Part shown: positions 15,925-25,699 of the stretch, piece by piece | How the letters are laid out: the number at the start of each line of letters is the position of its first letter | Position numbering within the stretch: the first letter of the stretch is position 1 | Origin: a virus | Lineage: Duplodnaviria > Caudoviricetes | Virus record (IMG/VR): IMGVR_UViG_3300020258_000011 | Span: 1 to 42,408 of that record | Strand: one strand, 5' to 3' | DNA length: 42,408 nucleotides | Translations under genes and position numbers: made by a program | The notes under the pieces: model-generated | Told to the model about the DNA's origin: nothing | Seen by the model: the letters and a program-made list of their open reading frames with translations, nothing else | The model's database searches: none

Positions 15925-16573
15925 AGTAACTATTCTGAATAGCATTGGTGGATGTGCATCCAGTCAACTATTCAAGATTGTAAATGACCTGGGTATTGAA
16001 AGCAATTCAGATCATTTCCATCAAGGTATTAACTTTGGTAGATGTAAGCATACACTATATCCACCACAGTATAGTGAGATTGATAGAGCAATCTTTGTGA
16101 TGGGTGACCCTGTTCAGTCTGTGATCTCTCTGTTCAGACGTGATATGGGTGTCACACATATTGAGAACAAAGGTTTACCTTTGCACCCTACCAGAACTGA
16201 TAATGTGGAGTTGCATCCTGAATCAAAAGAGATCTATAAGGTACACCCACAGTACAAAAAGAACTATAATCTCAAAGAGTATGTTGAGGGTGGTCTTGAT
16301 TGGTTTATGACTTATGAACACATTCATAACTGGACTACATACCCTGTCAGATATCCTATCCTGTGTGTTAAATCTGATGTGCAGTGGGACTATGGAAAGG
16401 AAATCTTTGTAGACTTCCTGAGGCAGAAGTCAGTCCCCCCTAACTATAAGAAGAAACCTAGAAACTCTACCTTGGATCTTGTTCCATCTGATAAGCGTGA
16501 GAAGTTTGAATCTATTCTTCATATAGCAACAGATCTATATAATTCACTCCCAGATTTTGAGATTAGAGAATGA
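15917..16573 (+). CDS. Hypothetical protein (possibly sulfotransferase-like fold)
   Basis: Coupled ORF; weak GGCASS and DP...IS motifs. Confidence 0.6.
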   Translation: MSEVTILNSIGGCASSQLFKIVNDLGIESNSDHFHQGINFGRCKHTLYPPQYSEIDRAIFVMGDPVQSVISLFRRDMGVTHIENKGLPLHPTRTDNVELHPESKEIYKVHPQYKKNYNLKEYVEGGLDWFMTYEHIHNWTTYPVRYPILCVKSDVQWDYGKEIFVDFLRQKSVPPNYKKKPRNSTLDLVPSDKREKFESILHIATDLYNSLPDFEIRE

Positions 16574-17259
16574 ATCAGATTACTAATTATCTCTACACTA
16601 AACAAGATCTTCAACACGCAAGAGAGGAGAGAGATAGAAGAAACTGGGAAAATGATTTTCCGCATCAAGATCTATGGAGAAAACCTGATGCTCTTGTGAA
16701 GTGGGTTGGTGTGCTGGAAAGATTTGAATACCTTTACCACAATAAGAGTGGATTGAAGGTAGTTGACCTAGGTAGTGCTAGGGGGTGTGTTCCACATATC
16801 ATCAGCTCTTGGGATCATGATGTGACCTGTGTGGATACTCCCAAGACAGGTGGTCGCCTTGATCATGACTGTGTGGGTAGTAAAGCAAAGATGGTTGAAT
16901 CTAATGTGTGGGACTGGTTCCCCCTTGTAGAGGATGAAAGTGTTGATGTATTTCTTGACCTCTGTGCAATCACACATTTCTGTGGTAGAACAGGTGTCTG
17001 TCCTGATGGTCAAACTGTATTGAATAATGTATTCAGAGAGGCATTCAGGTGCCTTAAACCAGAGGGAACATTTATCATTTCATCTGACTGTCAGTTAGAC
17101 TCTGAAGATGGTGAGTTTGTGAGTCCAGATACCTTTGTTGAAGCAGCAGAGGCACAGGGATTTAAAAGAGTTGGTTGGTGGGAGAATAGAAATAAGGATT
17201 TATTCAGAGTCCCTGGTGAACCTCATCTGAATGTTTGTAGTCTTACTTTTGTAAAATGA
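16570..17259 (+). CDS. Class I SAM-dependent methyltransferase
   Basis: VVDLGSARG motif I; LKPEG.F. Confidence 0.8.
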   Translation: MNQITNYLYTKQDLQHAREERDRRNWENDFPHQDLWRKPDALVKWVGVLERFEYLYHNKSGLKVVDLGSARGCVPHIISSWDHDVTCVDTPKTGGRLDHDCVGSKAKMVESNVWDWFPLVEDESVDVFLDLCAITHFCGRTGVCPDGQTVLNNVFREAFRCLKPEGTFIISSDCQLDSEDGEFVSPDTFVEAAEAQGFKRVGWWENRNKDLFRVPGEPHLNVCSLTFVK

Positions 17260-17972
17260 AACTAGCAGTAGTCTTTATTGGAACCAATAGATATCTTGAC
17301 TTTCTGCCTACATGGTATGAAGGTTGTGAGAAGTTCCTAGCAACTAGCACAGAGAAGAGTTACTTTGTCTTCACTGATGGAGAACTTCAAGGCATTCCTG
17401 ATAACATTGTTTTCTATGAGCAGGAACATTTGGAGTGGCCTTATATTACTCTGGAAAGGTGGGGAACTATTCTCAAAGCAGAAGAGAAACTCAAAGAGTT
17501 TGACTATGTTCTCTTCCTTGATGCTGATATGAGAGTGGTTGCAGAAGTATCAGAAGAGGAACTGTTGACTGATAAGAAGTTCATTGGTGTGCATCATCCA
17601 TGCCATGCTCTTGGTATGCAACCTCATACTAGATTCCCTGGTGCCTTTGAGACTAATCCAGAATCCCTTGCCTCTATCACTCAGGATGATGATACTACAA
17701 CCTACTGGCAGGGGTGTCTGTGGGGTGGTAGAGTCCCTTATGTGATTGATATGATTACTGAACTGGATAGAAGGACTAAGGATGATCTAGACAGGGGTGT
17801 AATTGCTGTATGGCATGATGAGAGTCAGATGAATAAGTTCTTCATTGAGAATAAGAAAGATGTTCATACTCTTGGTCCACAATACGCTTATCCAGAATGC
17901 TTCACTGAATACTGTGACTTTGAACCAGTGGTAGTTCACCTTGCAAAAGATAATTCAAAGTATCAGGTATGA
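17256..17972 (+). CDS. Glycosyltransferase family 6
   Basis: YFVFTD, WP..TL.R, FLDADM, WHDES..NK. Confidence 0.88.
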   Translation: MKLAVVFIGTNRYLDFLPTWYEGCEKFLATSTEKSYFVFTDGELQGIPDNIVFYEQEHLEWPYITLERWGTILKAEEKLKEFDYVLFLDADMRVVAEVSEEELLTDKKFIGVHHPCHALGMQPHTRFPGAFETNPESLASITQDDDTTTYWQGCLWGGRVPYVIDMITELDRRTKDDLDRGVIAVWHDESQMNKFFIENKKDVHTLGPQYAYPECFTEYCDFEPVVVHLAKDNSKYQV

Positions 17973-18850
17973 CAAACTTGAAGAGTGGTCTATCTGGATG
18001 CCATATAGAGCTACTCAAAGATGATGTATTGAGAAAGTATTCCTCTGATGTTGATTATAATCAGAGACTACTCTCTCAAATCAAGAAGCAATCTCTTTTT
18101 TCACACTTCATCTTACAGAATATTGAGACACCAAGGGTACATAGAGTCTATCAGGGGACTCTGTTTTCCTTTGATATGGAGTATGTTTCAGGGTTCTCTT
18201 TTGATGAATACTTTTCTCACGCTAATACAAAACAAGTTGACCTAGTAGTTGACTCACTCTATGGATACTTTGACTTCCTGATTAAGAATTCAAGGATGTA
18301 TCACACAGAAGTCTCCAGGTCTATCTTTGAGAAGAAGTTGAATAGTATGAAGGATAGTTCTCTGTTGTCACATATCAGAGAGCAGATTGTAGATATGCAT
18401 GTCCCATACAGTTTCTGTCATGGTGACTTGACCTTTGCTAATATCATCTTTCACTCCAATAGACTATACTTTATTGACTTCCTTGATTCATTTATTGACA
18501 GTTATCTGATAGACTTTGCTAAGTTAAAGCAAGATTTATTCTACTTTTGGAATTTAAAAATCCAAAATATAAACAATTTAAAAATCTATCAGATCTACCA
18601 CTACATCTGGAACAGGTTAGAAGAGAGATATTCTGACCAGTTAAATACAAAAGCATTCAGAGTGCTGGATGTCATGAACCTGTTGCGCATTGATCCTTAC
18701 TTGACTGATCCAGCACAAAGGATTATACTAAAAACTCTAGTAGAGAAGACTGAATTATATGAAGACCTTAGTAGTTCCCATGGCAGGGAAGTCATCACGC
18801 TTCCCCAACATGAGACCCAAGTGGATGCTAACCCACCCAAAGAAGAATAG
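17969..18850 (+). CDS. APH/choline-kinase-like phosphotransferase
   Basis: GLSG loop, CHGDLTFANI, FIDF. Confidence 0.8.
   Translation: MTNLKSGLSGCHIELLKDDVLRKYSSDVDYNQRLLSQIKKQSLFSHFILQNIETPRVHRVYQGTLFSFDMEYVSGFSFDEYFSHANTKQVDLVVDSLYGYFDFLIKNSRMYHTEVSRSIFEKKLNSMKDSSLLSHIREQIVDMHVPYSFCHGDLTFANIIFHSNRLYFIDFLDSFIDSYLIDFAKLKQDLFYFWNLKIQNINNLKIYQIYHYIWNRLEERYSDQLNTKAFRVLDVMNLLRIDPYLTDPAQRIILKTLVEKTELYEDLSSSHGREVITLPQHETQVDANPPKEE
18701..18729 (+). promoter_or_regulatory. Internal sigma70-type promoter
   Basis: TTGACT-17-TATACT, 29 nt before the ORF at 18759. Confidence 0.6.
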
Positions 18851-19811
18851 ATTCATGGTGGTTGAGTCCCTTTCAGGTCTTAACCTAGACTTCTTTGATG
18901 TCATTTACTTTGTAGTTCTCCAAGAACATGAAGACCAGTATCAGTTCACCAAGGGTATGGCTAGGGAGTTGAGAGACCTTGGTATTCTAGACAAGTCAAA
19001 GTTTGCCTACTTACAAGAACCTACATCATCACAATCTGATACTGTCTATCAGGTCTTATCTGGTGATGAGATAGAGGGGTTTGTTTTTGTAAAGGATTCT
19101 GATAACTACTATGAGTGTGATATTCAAGAAGGCAATCAGGTTGCATACTTTGATTTGAATGCGCAGGATGATATCAATGCTAGAAACAAGAGTTATATTG
19201 AACTAGATGTAAATGGAATCATCACAAACATTGTAGAGAAAGATGTTATCAGTTCCACTTTCTCCTGTGGTGGATATGGATTTGAAGATGCTCAGGAGTT
19301 CTGTAAGTCTTATGAAAAACTTTCAGACATGGAGGGAGAGTGTTACATCAGCAATGTGATCTATGACATGATGTTGTCTGGTTCTAAGTTTGTTGGACAG
19401 AGAGTTGATAACTACAAGGACTGGGGAACATTGGAGGTTTGGAACAAATATAAGAAACAATATAAGACATTGTTTGTTGATATTGATGGAACACTAGTTA
19501 CCAACTCTTCTATTCAGTTCCCACCATATGTGGGTTCAGGTGAACCACTTACACTCAACATACAGTATTTGAGAGAACAATATGAAGAGGGCAAGCTTTA
19601 TATCATTTTGACTACAAGTCGTCCTGAGTTTCTGCGTGAAGTTACAGTTGATGAAATGAAGAGACATAACATGCCTTATGATCAGCTGGTAATGGGACTA
19701 CCACATTGTAAGAGAATTGTTGTTAATGACTTTGCTAAGAGTAACACCTATCCCTCTTGTGATGCCATAAATATCCCAAGAAATCATGATAACTTGAGTG
19801 AGTATCTATGA
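18759..19811 (+). CDS. Nucleotidyltransferase fused to a HAD-family phosphatase
   Basis: PMAG.SSRF...PK N-terminus, DWGT, then FVDIDGTL and TTSR. Confidence 0.8.
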   Translation: MKTLVVPMAGKSSRFPNMRPKWMLTHPKKNRFMVVESLSGLNLDFFDVIYFVVLQEHEDQYQFTKGMARELRDLGILDKSKFAYLQEPTSSQSDTVYQVLSGDEIEGFVFVKDSDNYYECDIQEGNQVAYFDLNAQDDINARNKSYIELDVNGIITNIVEKDVISSTFSCGGYGFEDAQEFCKSYEKLSDMEGECYISNVIYDMMLSGSKFVGQRVDNYKDWGTLEVWNKYKKQYKTLFVDIDGTLVTNSSIQFPPYVGSGEPLTLNIQYLREQYEEGKLYIILTTSRPEFLREVTVDEMKRHNMPYDQLVMGLPHCKRIVVNDFAKSNTYPSCDAINIPRNHDNLSEYL

Positions 19812-20569
19812 AGATAGCGTTATGTTTTTCTGGTCAACCTAGGTTCATTGAACAGGTTGCACCCAGTATTATTGAGAACGTCATTGGGAATCATGATGTA
19901 GATGTATTTGCACATCTATGGTTTGATGAAGACCTTCAAACCCAACCATATAAGTATGGTGGTGCAGGTGGATGGAAAGATCAACGCATCACACCTGATG
20001 CTATTGAGAAGTTCACAGAGATATACAAACCAAAGAGCATCAAAGTAGAGAAGAGTAAGAAGTTTTTAGATTCAAACTTATCTGATAACTATCTTGCATC
20101 ACTCAAGAAATATAAATGGGGTGCTATTGACAACCCTGAAGAACCTGATTTTGCAGTGAGGGATGTAAACAACATCATCTCATATTATTATTCTCTGCTG
20201 CAGGTATGTACTCTCAAGAAAGAGTATGAACATGCCAATGGATTCAAGTATGATTATGTTCTGAAGATCAGGACTGACTCAGTTGTTGGAACCAAGATTC
20301 AGTATGATGGATTTCCAAAAGATACTATCTTCTTCTCTGGCAATCAGAACCAACCAGATGGTATGATCAATGATTGGTTTAACTTTGGTGGTTCCAAAGT
20401 TATGGATGCCTTTATGTCTGCTTATCCTGTGATTGATCAATGTATTGAGCAGTGTATGGAGCAAACAGAGGGTGCATGGTGTTGTGAACTCATTCATAGA
20501 AAGATGATTGACTTCTTCAACATTCCCTGTAGAGCACTTCCAATTAATATTACACTACCTAGATTCTGA
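19808..20569 (+). CDS. Putative glycosyltransferase (ALCFSGQPR family)
   Basis: MKIALCFSGQPR, YDYV.K.R.D, NDWF. Confidence 0.7.
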   Translation: MKIALCFSGQPRFIEQVAPSIIENVIGNHDVDVFAHLWFDEDLQTQPYKYGGAGGWKDQRITPDAIEKFTEIYKPKSIKVEKSKKFLDSNLSDNYLASLKKYKWGAIDNPEEPDFAVRDVNNIISYYYSLLQVCTLKKEYEHANGFKYDYVLKIRTDSVVGTKIQYDGFPKDTIFFSGNQNQPDGMINDWFNFGGSKVMDAFMSAYPVIDQCIEQCMEQTEGAWCCELIHRKMIDFFNIPCRALPINITLPRF

Positions 20570-21342
20570 TGAAAGTAGCACTTTGTTTCTCTGGTCAACC
20601 CAGATACATTGAGAAGTCATATGATCAGTTTAAGAAGAATATTCTTGATCATAATGATGTAGATGTATATGCTCACATGTGGTGGGATGATTCTTACAAA
20701 GGTAAGTCGTTTGTATGGGAGAGTAAGGACAAGTATCCAGAAGACTATTGTCCCATGGATAAGTTTAGTGAGCTATACCAACCTAAATGGACTTTTGTGG
20801 AAGCACATAAACCAAAGGAGTTCTTTGGTTATGATAAGTTCCCCACTACAAGTCAGTTTGATCCTTCTATGGATGAGGATGTCATTCGTAGTATTGTGAC
20901 TAGACAAAGAAGTCAGTGGTATTCTATCTTCTGGTCTATGTCTAATCCAAACCTAGATGACTATGATCTTATTGTAAGAGCAAGAACTGACTTAACCTTT
21001 GAGAGACCTATTAATTTCTCTGACTATACACCTGATAAAATTTATATGATGGATGGAGCATTACAGTGTGGTGGTGATAGACATTATCAAGATTGGTTCT
21101 GGTTTGGTCCACCCAGTTATATGAAAAAGATAAACAATACTTATGATAAGATTCTTCCTTTCTATAATAATGGTTTGAGACATATGCATGAACTCATGCT
21201 ACACTCTATCTCTCAGGAAGATATTCCTGGGGAGATCTTAGACCTGGGTGTTTATATGATGAAAAGAAGTGGTATAGATATCAATGAGCAGAAGAAGATT
21301 ATTAAAGGAAAAACAGAAGACCTTCAGGTTGATCTGATCTAG
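20569..21342 (+). CDS. Putative glycosyltransferase, tandem paralog of the previous gene
   Basis: MKVALCFSGQPR, YD..VR.R.D, QDWF. Confidence 0.7.
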   Translation: MKVALCFSGQPRYIEKSYDQFKKNILDHNDVDVYAHMWWDDSYKGKSFVWESKDKYPEDYCPMDKFSELYQPKWTFVEAHKPKEFFGYDKFPTTSQFDPSMDEDVIRSIVTRQRSQWYSIFWSMSNPNLDDYDLIVRARTDLTFERPINFSDYTPDKIYMMDGALQCGGDRHYQDWFWFGPPSYMKKINNTYDKILPFYNNGLRHMHELMLHSISQEDIPGEILDLGVYMMKRSGIDINEQKKIIKGKTEDLQVDLI

Positions 21343-21350
21343 GAGTTATT

Positions 21351-22265
21351 ATGAAAGTTATTATCTGGGGGTATCCTTTACATACACATACCCATTCATA
21401 TACACATGCTGCTGTTTTTAAAGCATTTGAGAGTCTGGGGTATGAAACATACTGGTTTCATGATGGTGAGTATCCAGAGGACTTTGACTATGAAAACTGC
21501 CTCTTCTTTACAGAAGGGTTTGCAGACTCAAAGATGCCTCTGAGAAAGACTAGCACATACTTTGTTCATGTATGCGTGAATCCTGATAGGTATATTGGGA
21601 AGGTAAAGAAACTAGTTGATGTCAGATATCTGATGAACAAAATGGACTCAGACAACTATAACTTTGTCCTGGATAGGTCTAACTGTGATGTGCTAGATAA
21701 GGGTGTGCTCCATGAGAAATCTTCTGGAGACTATGAGATCATCTATATGGCATGGGCTACCAATCTCTTACCAGATGAGATTGATCTTGAATGGGCAAAG
21801 ATTAAAAGATCTAACACCTATTACTTCTTGGGTAGTATCTCTGGTAGTGGTAGGTTTGCCAATGCAGAATACATTCAGCAATTTGCAGAGTGTTGTGCTA
21901 AGATAGGTGTGCAGACTTCTGTCAATGACCCATGGCAGAATCCTCTGAGTGAAGAGGATAATGTAAGACTCACACAACAATCTTTTATGTGTCCTGATTT
22001 TAGAAACAGGACTCATAAGAAATGGGGATACATTGGATGCAGGTTGATGAAAGCAATCAGTTTTGGTCAACTTGGTATGACAAACTCAAAAATTAGTCAA
22101 GAATTTATTGATGATTCTGTCCTATATTCTGAGAGCATCCCAGAACTATTCCAACTAGGGTTGGAACACAAGGATGATATTGATAGGATTCAACACCAGA
22201 TGAATATCATTCGTAAAGAGCATACATTTGTGAATAGAGCACAAGGATTACTGAAACTGATCTAG
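21351..22265 (+). CDS. Putative glycosyltransferase (GT-B-like)
   Basis: AGGAG SD; C-terminal HTF.NR motif; island context. Confidence 0.6.
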   Translation: MKVIIWGYPLHTHTHSYTHAAVFKAFESLGYETYWFHDGEYPEDFDYENCLFFTEGFADSKMPLRKTSTYFVHVCVNPDRYIGKVKKLVDVRYLMNKMDSDNYNFVLDRSNCDVLDKGVLHEKSSGDYEIIYMAWATNLLPDEIDLEWAKIKRSNTYYFLGSISGSGRFANAEYIQQFAECCAKIGVQTSVNDPWQNPLSEEDNVRLTQQSFMCPDFRNRTHKKWGYIGCRLMKAISFGQLGMTNSKISQEFIDDSVLYSESIPELFQLGLEHKDDIDRIQHQMNIIRKEHTFVNRAQGLLKLI

Positions 22266-22273
22266 GAGAAAAC

Positions 22274-22891
22274 ATGAACAACCCCTTTGGATTTAAGATT
22301 GACCCACGCTACAAACACTTTGAGTTCCCACGTGAGCACCTTCCTACTGTGGTAAAGGATACGCTTGCTGTTGATAGAACTGACCTTAAGGTTGTTGAGA
22401 TTGGTGTAGAGTATGGTGGATATCTTGACATTTATTATCCTCAACTTGAATCTGTGACCTCTGAGTTTTATTGTGTAGACTTGTGGTCCACAGAAGGCAA
22501 TGATGATTACTTCCGTAATCGTGATGGGCAGGTAGAGAGAGGTCACAAGCGTGTGCTTGAGAGGTATGGAGATAATCCTAAGGTTACATTGTGTCAGGGT
22601 GCTTCTGTAGAGAGAGCAAAAGAGTTTGAAGATGAATACTTTGATTGGATTTACATTGATGCTGACCACACTAAAGAGGCAGTGTTGAGTGACATTACTG
22701 CTTGGTATCCCAAACTTAAGAAAGGTGGTATCATCTCAGGACATGATTGTTTCTGTGAACCCACCAATGAAGCATATGACTTCTTTGATGTTGAGGGTGC
22801 CCTAGAAGAATATTTTGCAGAAGTTGTTCAGGATATCTGGATGACTAATGAAGCCTCCTATAAGAGTTGGTCCTTTATCAAACCTGAGTGA
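22274..22891 (+). CDS. Class I SAM methyltransferase (Methyltransf_24-like)
   Basis: VEIGV..G, D.IYIDADH, LK.GG...GHD. Confidence 0.85.
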   Translation: MNNPFGFKIDPRYKHFEFPREHLPTVVKDTLAVDRTDLKVVEIGVEYGGYLDIYYPQLESVTSEFYCVDLWSTEGNDDYFRNRDGQVERGHKRVLERYGDNPKVTLCQGASVERAKEFEDEYFDWIYIDADHTKEAVLSDITAWYPKLKKGGIISGHDCFCEPTNEAYDFFDVEGALEEYFAEVVQDIWMTNEASYKSWSFIKPE

Positions 22892-23730
22892 TGTCTAAAA
22901 TTACATTTGGTTATATTGTTGGTGGTGATGATAAGCATTATGAGAATCTGTTGAGGTCTCTGCGTTCTCTGGAGAGGATTGAGCAAGACCATGAGATTCT
23001 CATTCTTGATGCTGATGGTAGACTGGGTGACTCAGCAGGTCAAGAAAATGTAAGAATCATTCATTACCCTGTTCAACAGGGCAAAGGTGGTGATTGGTAT
23101 AAACCACACATCTGGCAAATGAGATATCATCTCTATGAGTATCTTGAAACAGATTATTGTTTTTACTTGGACTCTGATACAGTCATTGTGAATGACAAGG
23201 TAGATGATTTAATCAAGTATTCAGAGGATAAGTTTCTTATCTGCCCACACTGGTGGTTGAATGATATCAAAGACTACTTCACAAAAGTGAGAGTCCATGC
23301 TCCTTCTATCAGACCCTACCTTGATTCTGGTAATTCTTTCCAACGATACATTGCTTCAGGTGTATTCTTGTTTAAAAGGGGAGTTCATGATAAAATCTTT
23401 AAGACATTTTCTGAAATGTTTGATTCCATCTTTGTTGATGGTCAGTGTCCTGAAGGAATAACTGATGAACTCTTACTTGGTTTATCTTTGTACAAAGAAG
23501 GCAATTATAAGTTTGCACATGGATCTATGAATCATAGTTCTAATCATAATCAGATGCCTCTAAAATACACAGAGGGAAACTTCTATGGCAAGAATCCTGA
23601 TGATGATGAATTCCAGAAAGTATTCTTGTTCCATAATGATATCAAAGAGTTTTACACCAGTGATATCACATCAGGATTAGACACAAATACAATCAAAGAG
23701 TTGGAGAAAGTTTGCTACATTAAGGAGTGA
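22888..23730 (+). CDS. Glycosyltransferase, GT-A fold
   Basis: YLDSD DxD motif, SGVFLF, TDE. Confidence 0.7.
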   Translation: MMSKITFGYIVGGDDKHYENLLRSLRSLERIEQDHEILILDADGRLGDSAGQENVRIIHYPVQQGKGGDWYKPHIWQMRYHLYEYLETDYCFYLDSDTVIVNDKVDDLIKYSEDKFLICPHWWLNDIKDYFTKVRVHAPSIRPYLDSGNSFQRYIASGVFLFKRGVHDKIFKTFSEMFDSIFVDGQCPEGITDELLLGLSLYKEGNYKFAHGSMNHSSNHNQMPLKYTEGNFYGKNPDDDEFQKVFLFHNDIKEFYTSDITSGLDTNTIKELEKVCYIKE

Positions 23731-23731
23731 T

Positions 23732-24745
23732 ATGACTGTATTTGCAAAGGCACCTTTACGTCTTGGTCTTGCTGGTGGTGGCACTGACCTCAGTCCATAC
23801 TGGAATAAGCATGGTGGAGTAGTTCTGAGTGGAACCATTGATCAGTATGCTTACTGTAAAGTAGAGGCATGGGATGATTGGTGTTTCAAGAGTGTTGACC
23901 TTGATATTGAGGACACTCAAGAGTTTCTGGATGATCAGTATTGTGGTGGACCTTTGCAGTTACTAATTAACACCTACCAGTATCTTACACACAATCACCC
24001 AAGGAAGACACCAGTTAAGATTACAACTTACGTGGAGGCACCTCCTGGTAGTGGTCTAGGGAGCTCTAGTGCCCTTGTAGTGGCATTGGTTGCTGCTATT
24101 AGTGAATACTATGGTATCCCTAATGATGAATACCAAACAGCAAATGCAGCACTAAAGATTGAAAGAGAGATATGTGATTTGCCTGGAGGTAAGCAGGATC
24201 AATATTCAGCAGCATTTGGTGGGTTTAACTATATTGAGTTCTTGCAGGATGGTAGAACTATTGTGAACCCATTGAGGTTGAACTACAAGACACAGAATAT
24301 GTTGGAGATGAATACTGTTCTGTATTATGTTGGTTCACCTAGAAGTGATGCTAGAATCATTGAAGCAACTTCCTCTAATCTAAAGGATAATGAGAAAACA
24401 GTAGAGATCACACATAAAATTAAGGAAGCTTGTATTGAATTCAAGAGAAGTCTTTTGGTAGGAGATGTAAAGAAACTTTCTGCCCTGATGAATGACTATT
24501 GGAATCTGAAGTTGCAGACCAGCAGTAAAGTAGGTTCTCCTGCTCTCATAGATACCTATGAGTATGCTATGCTTAATGGAGCAACTGCTGCTAAAATCTC
24601 TGGTGCTGGTGGTGGAGGACATATGGTTCTCTTCACTGAATTTGAGAGCAGACACAAATTGATATCAGCATTAAAGAAAAGAGAGACAGGTAGAATTGTA
24701 CCATTCAAGTTTGTAAAACATGGAGTAGATGTATGGCGGCAGTAG
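23732..24745 (+). CDS. hddA: GHMP kinase, D-glycero-alpha-D-manno-heptose-7-phosphate kinase-like
   Basis: APLRLGLAGGGTD, PPGSGLGSSS, GKQDQY, K.SGAGGGG. Confidence 0.85.
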   Translation: MTVFAKAPLRLGLAGGGTDLSPYWNKHGGVVLSGTIDQYAYCKVEAWDDWCFKSVDLDIEDTQEFLDDQYCGGPLQLLINTYQYLTHNHPRKTPVKITTYVEAPPGSGLGSSSALVVALVAAISEYYGIPNDEYQTANAALKIEREICDLPGGKQDQYSAAFGGFNYIEFLQDGRTIVNPLRLNYKTQNMLEMNTVLYYVGSPRSDARIIEATSSNLKDNEKTVEITHKIKEACIEFKRSLLVGDVKKLSALMNDYWNLKLQTSSKVGSPALIDTYEYAMLNGATAAKISGAGGGGHMVLFTEFESRHKLISALKKRETGRIVPFKFVKHGVDVWRQ

Positions 24746-25083
24746 AGATCCATCCTAAGGGATGGGGATATGAAAAATGGATCGTCAACAAAAAAGAATA
24801 CTGCGGTAAACTCTTATTCTTTAGAGAGGGATTGAAGTGTTCTTTCCACTATCACAAGATCAAAGATGAAGTCTTCTATGTCCAGAGTGGTATGATTTAT
24901 ATCACTCATGGTGATACTGATGATATCAATGAAGCTAAGACTGAGATTCTAAGACAGGGTGATAGTTTTCATGTTCCTGTTGGTCTGCGTCACCAAATGA
25001 AAGCGATTAGAGACACAGAGTTATTTGAATTTTCCACAGAACATTTTGAATATGATAGTTACAGAGTTATCAAAGGGGATTAA
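24733..25083 (+). CDS. Cupin-fold sugar isomerase-like protein
   Basis: K.WG.E, SFHYH..KDE.F, H.M. Confidence 0.8.
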   Translation: MAAVEIHPKGWGYEKWIVNKKEYCGKLLFFREGLKCSFHYHKIKDEVFYVQSGMIYITHGDTDDINEAKTEILRQGDSFHVPVGLRHQMKAIRDTELFEFSTEHFEYDSYRVIKGD

Positions 25084-25699
25084 ACTTTATATTCTTGTTG
25101 GTGGTAGAGGCACTAGACTCAAAACCATCACAGGTGATACACCAAAACCTCTTGTGCCAATCTATGGCAAGAGTTTTTTACAGAGAGTGATAGATAATCT
25201 GTCAGGATTTGACATCACCTTGGTGTGTTCAGATCTGAACCATGAATGGTTTGAGGATTTTGATTGTGATATATTTAATGAGGGGTATCCTTCTGGAACT
25301 GGTGGGTGGTTAAGAAAGGTCAACCTACCAGAATCTTTTTACGTCATGAATGGTGATACATTCTTTGCTGATGATCTCAATGTAGATGCAGATTCAACCA
25401 CCATCTTTGTGAGTAAGGAAAGGATATCAGGAGATGAAGGTTATATTGAGGGAGATGGAGGAAAGGTCAAACAGTTTGTAGAGAAGAACCCAAAGGTGGT
25501 GGGTAAGAAGAAACTGGTCAATACAGGCATCTATAAGATCTATAAGAAAGATTTAGATTTGTCTAATAATTTCCCTATCAGCATGGAATATGATATACTT
25601 CCTAATGTAGACCTATCCTATAAGGTCGTTAAGACTAAAAAGTTTGATATAGGAACCCCAGAAAGATTGGAGACTTTCAAATCATGGTTCAATACCTAA
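25052..25699 (+). CDS. Sugar-1-phosphate nucleotidyltransferase (HddC-like); start uncertain
   Basis: GG.GTRL...PKPL, GTGG, NGDT, DIGTPE. Confidence 0.85.
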   Translation: MIVTELSKGIKLYILVGGRGTRLKTITGDTPKPLVPIYGKSFLQRVIDNLSGFDITLVCSDLNHEWFEDFDCDIFNEGYPSGTGGWLRKVNLPESFYVMNGDTFFADDLNVDADSTTIFVSKERISGDEGYIEGDGGKVKQFVEKNPKVVGKKKLVNTGIYKIYKKDLDLSNNFPISMEYDILPNVDLSYKVVKTKKFDIGTPERLETFKSWFNT

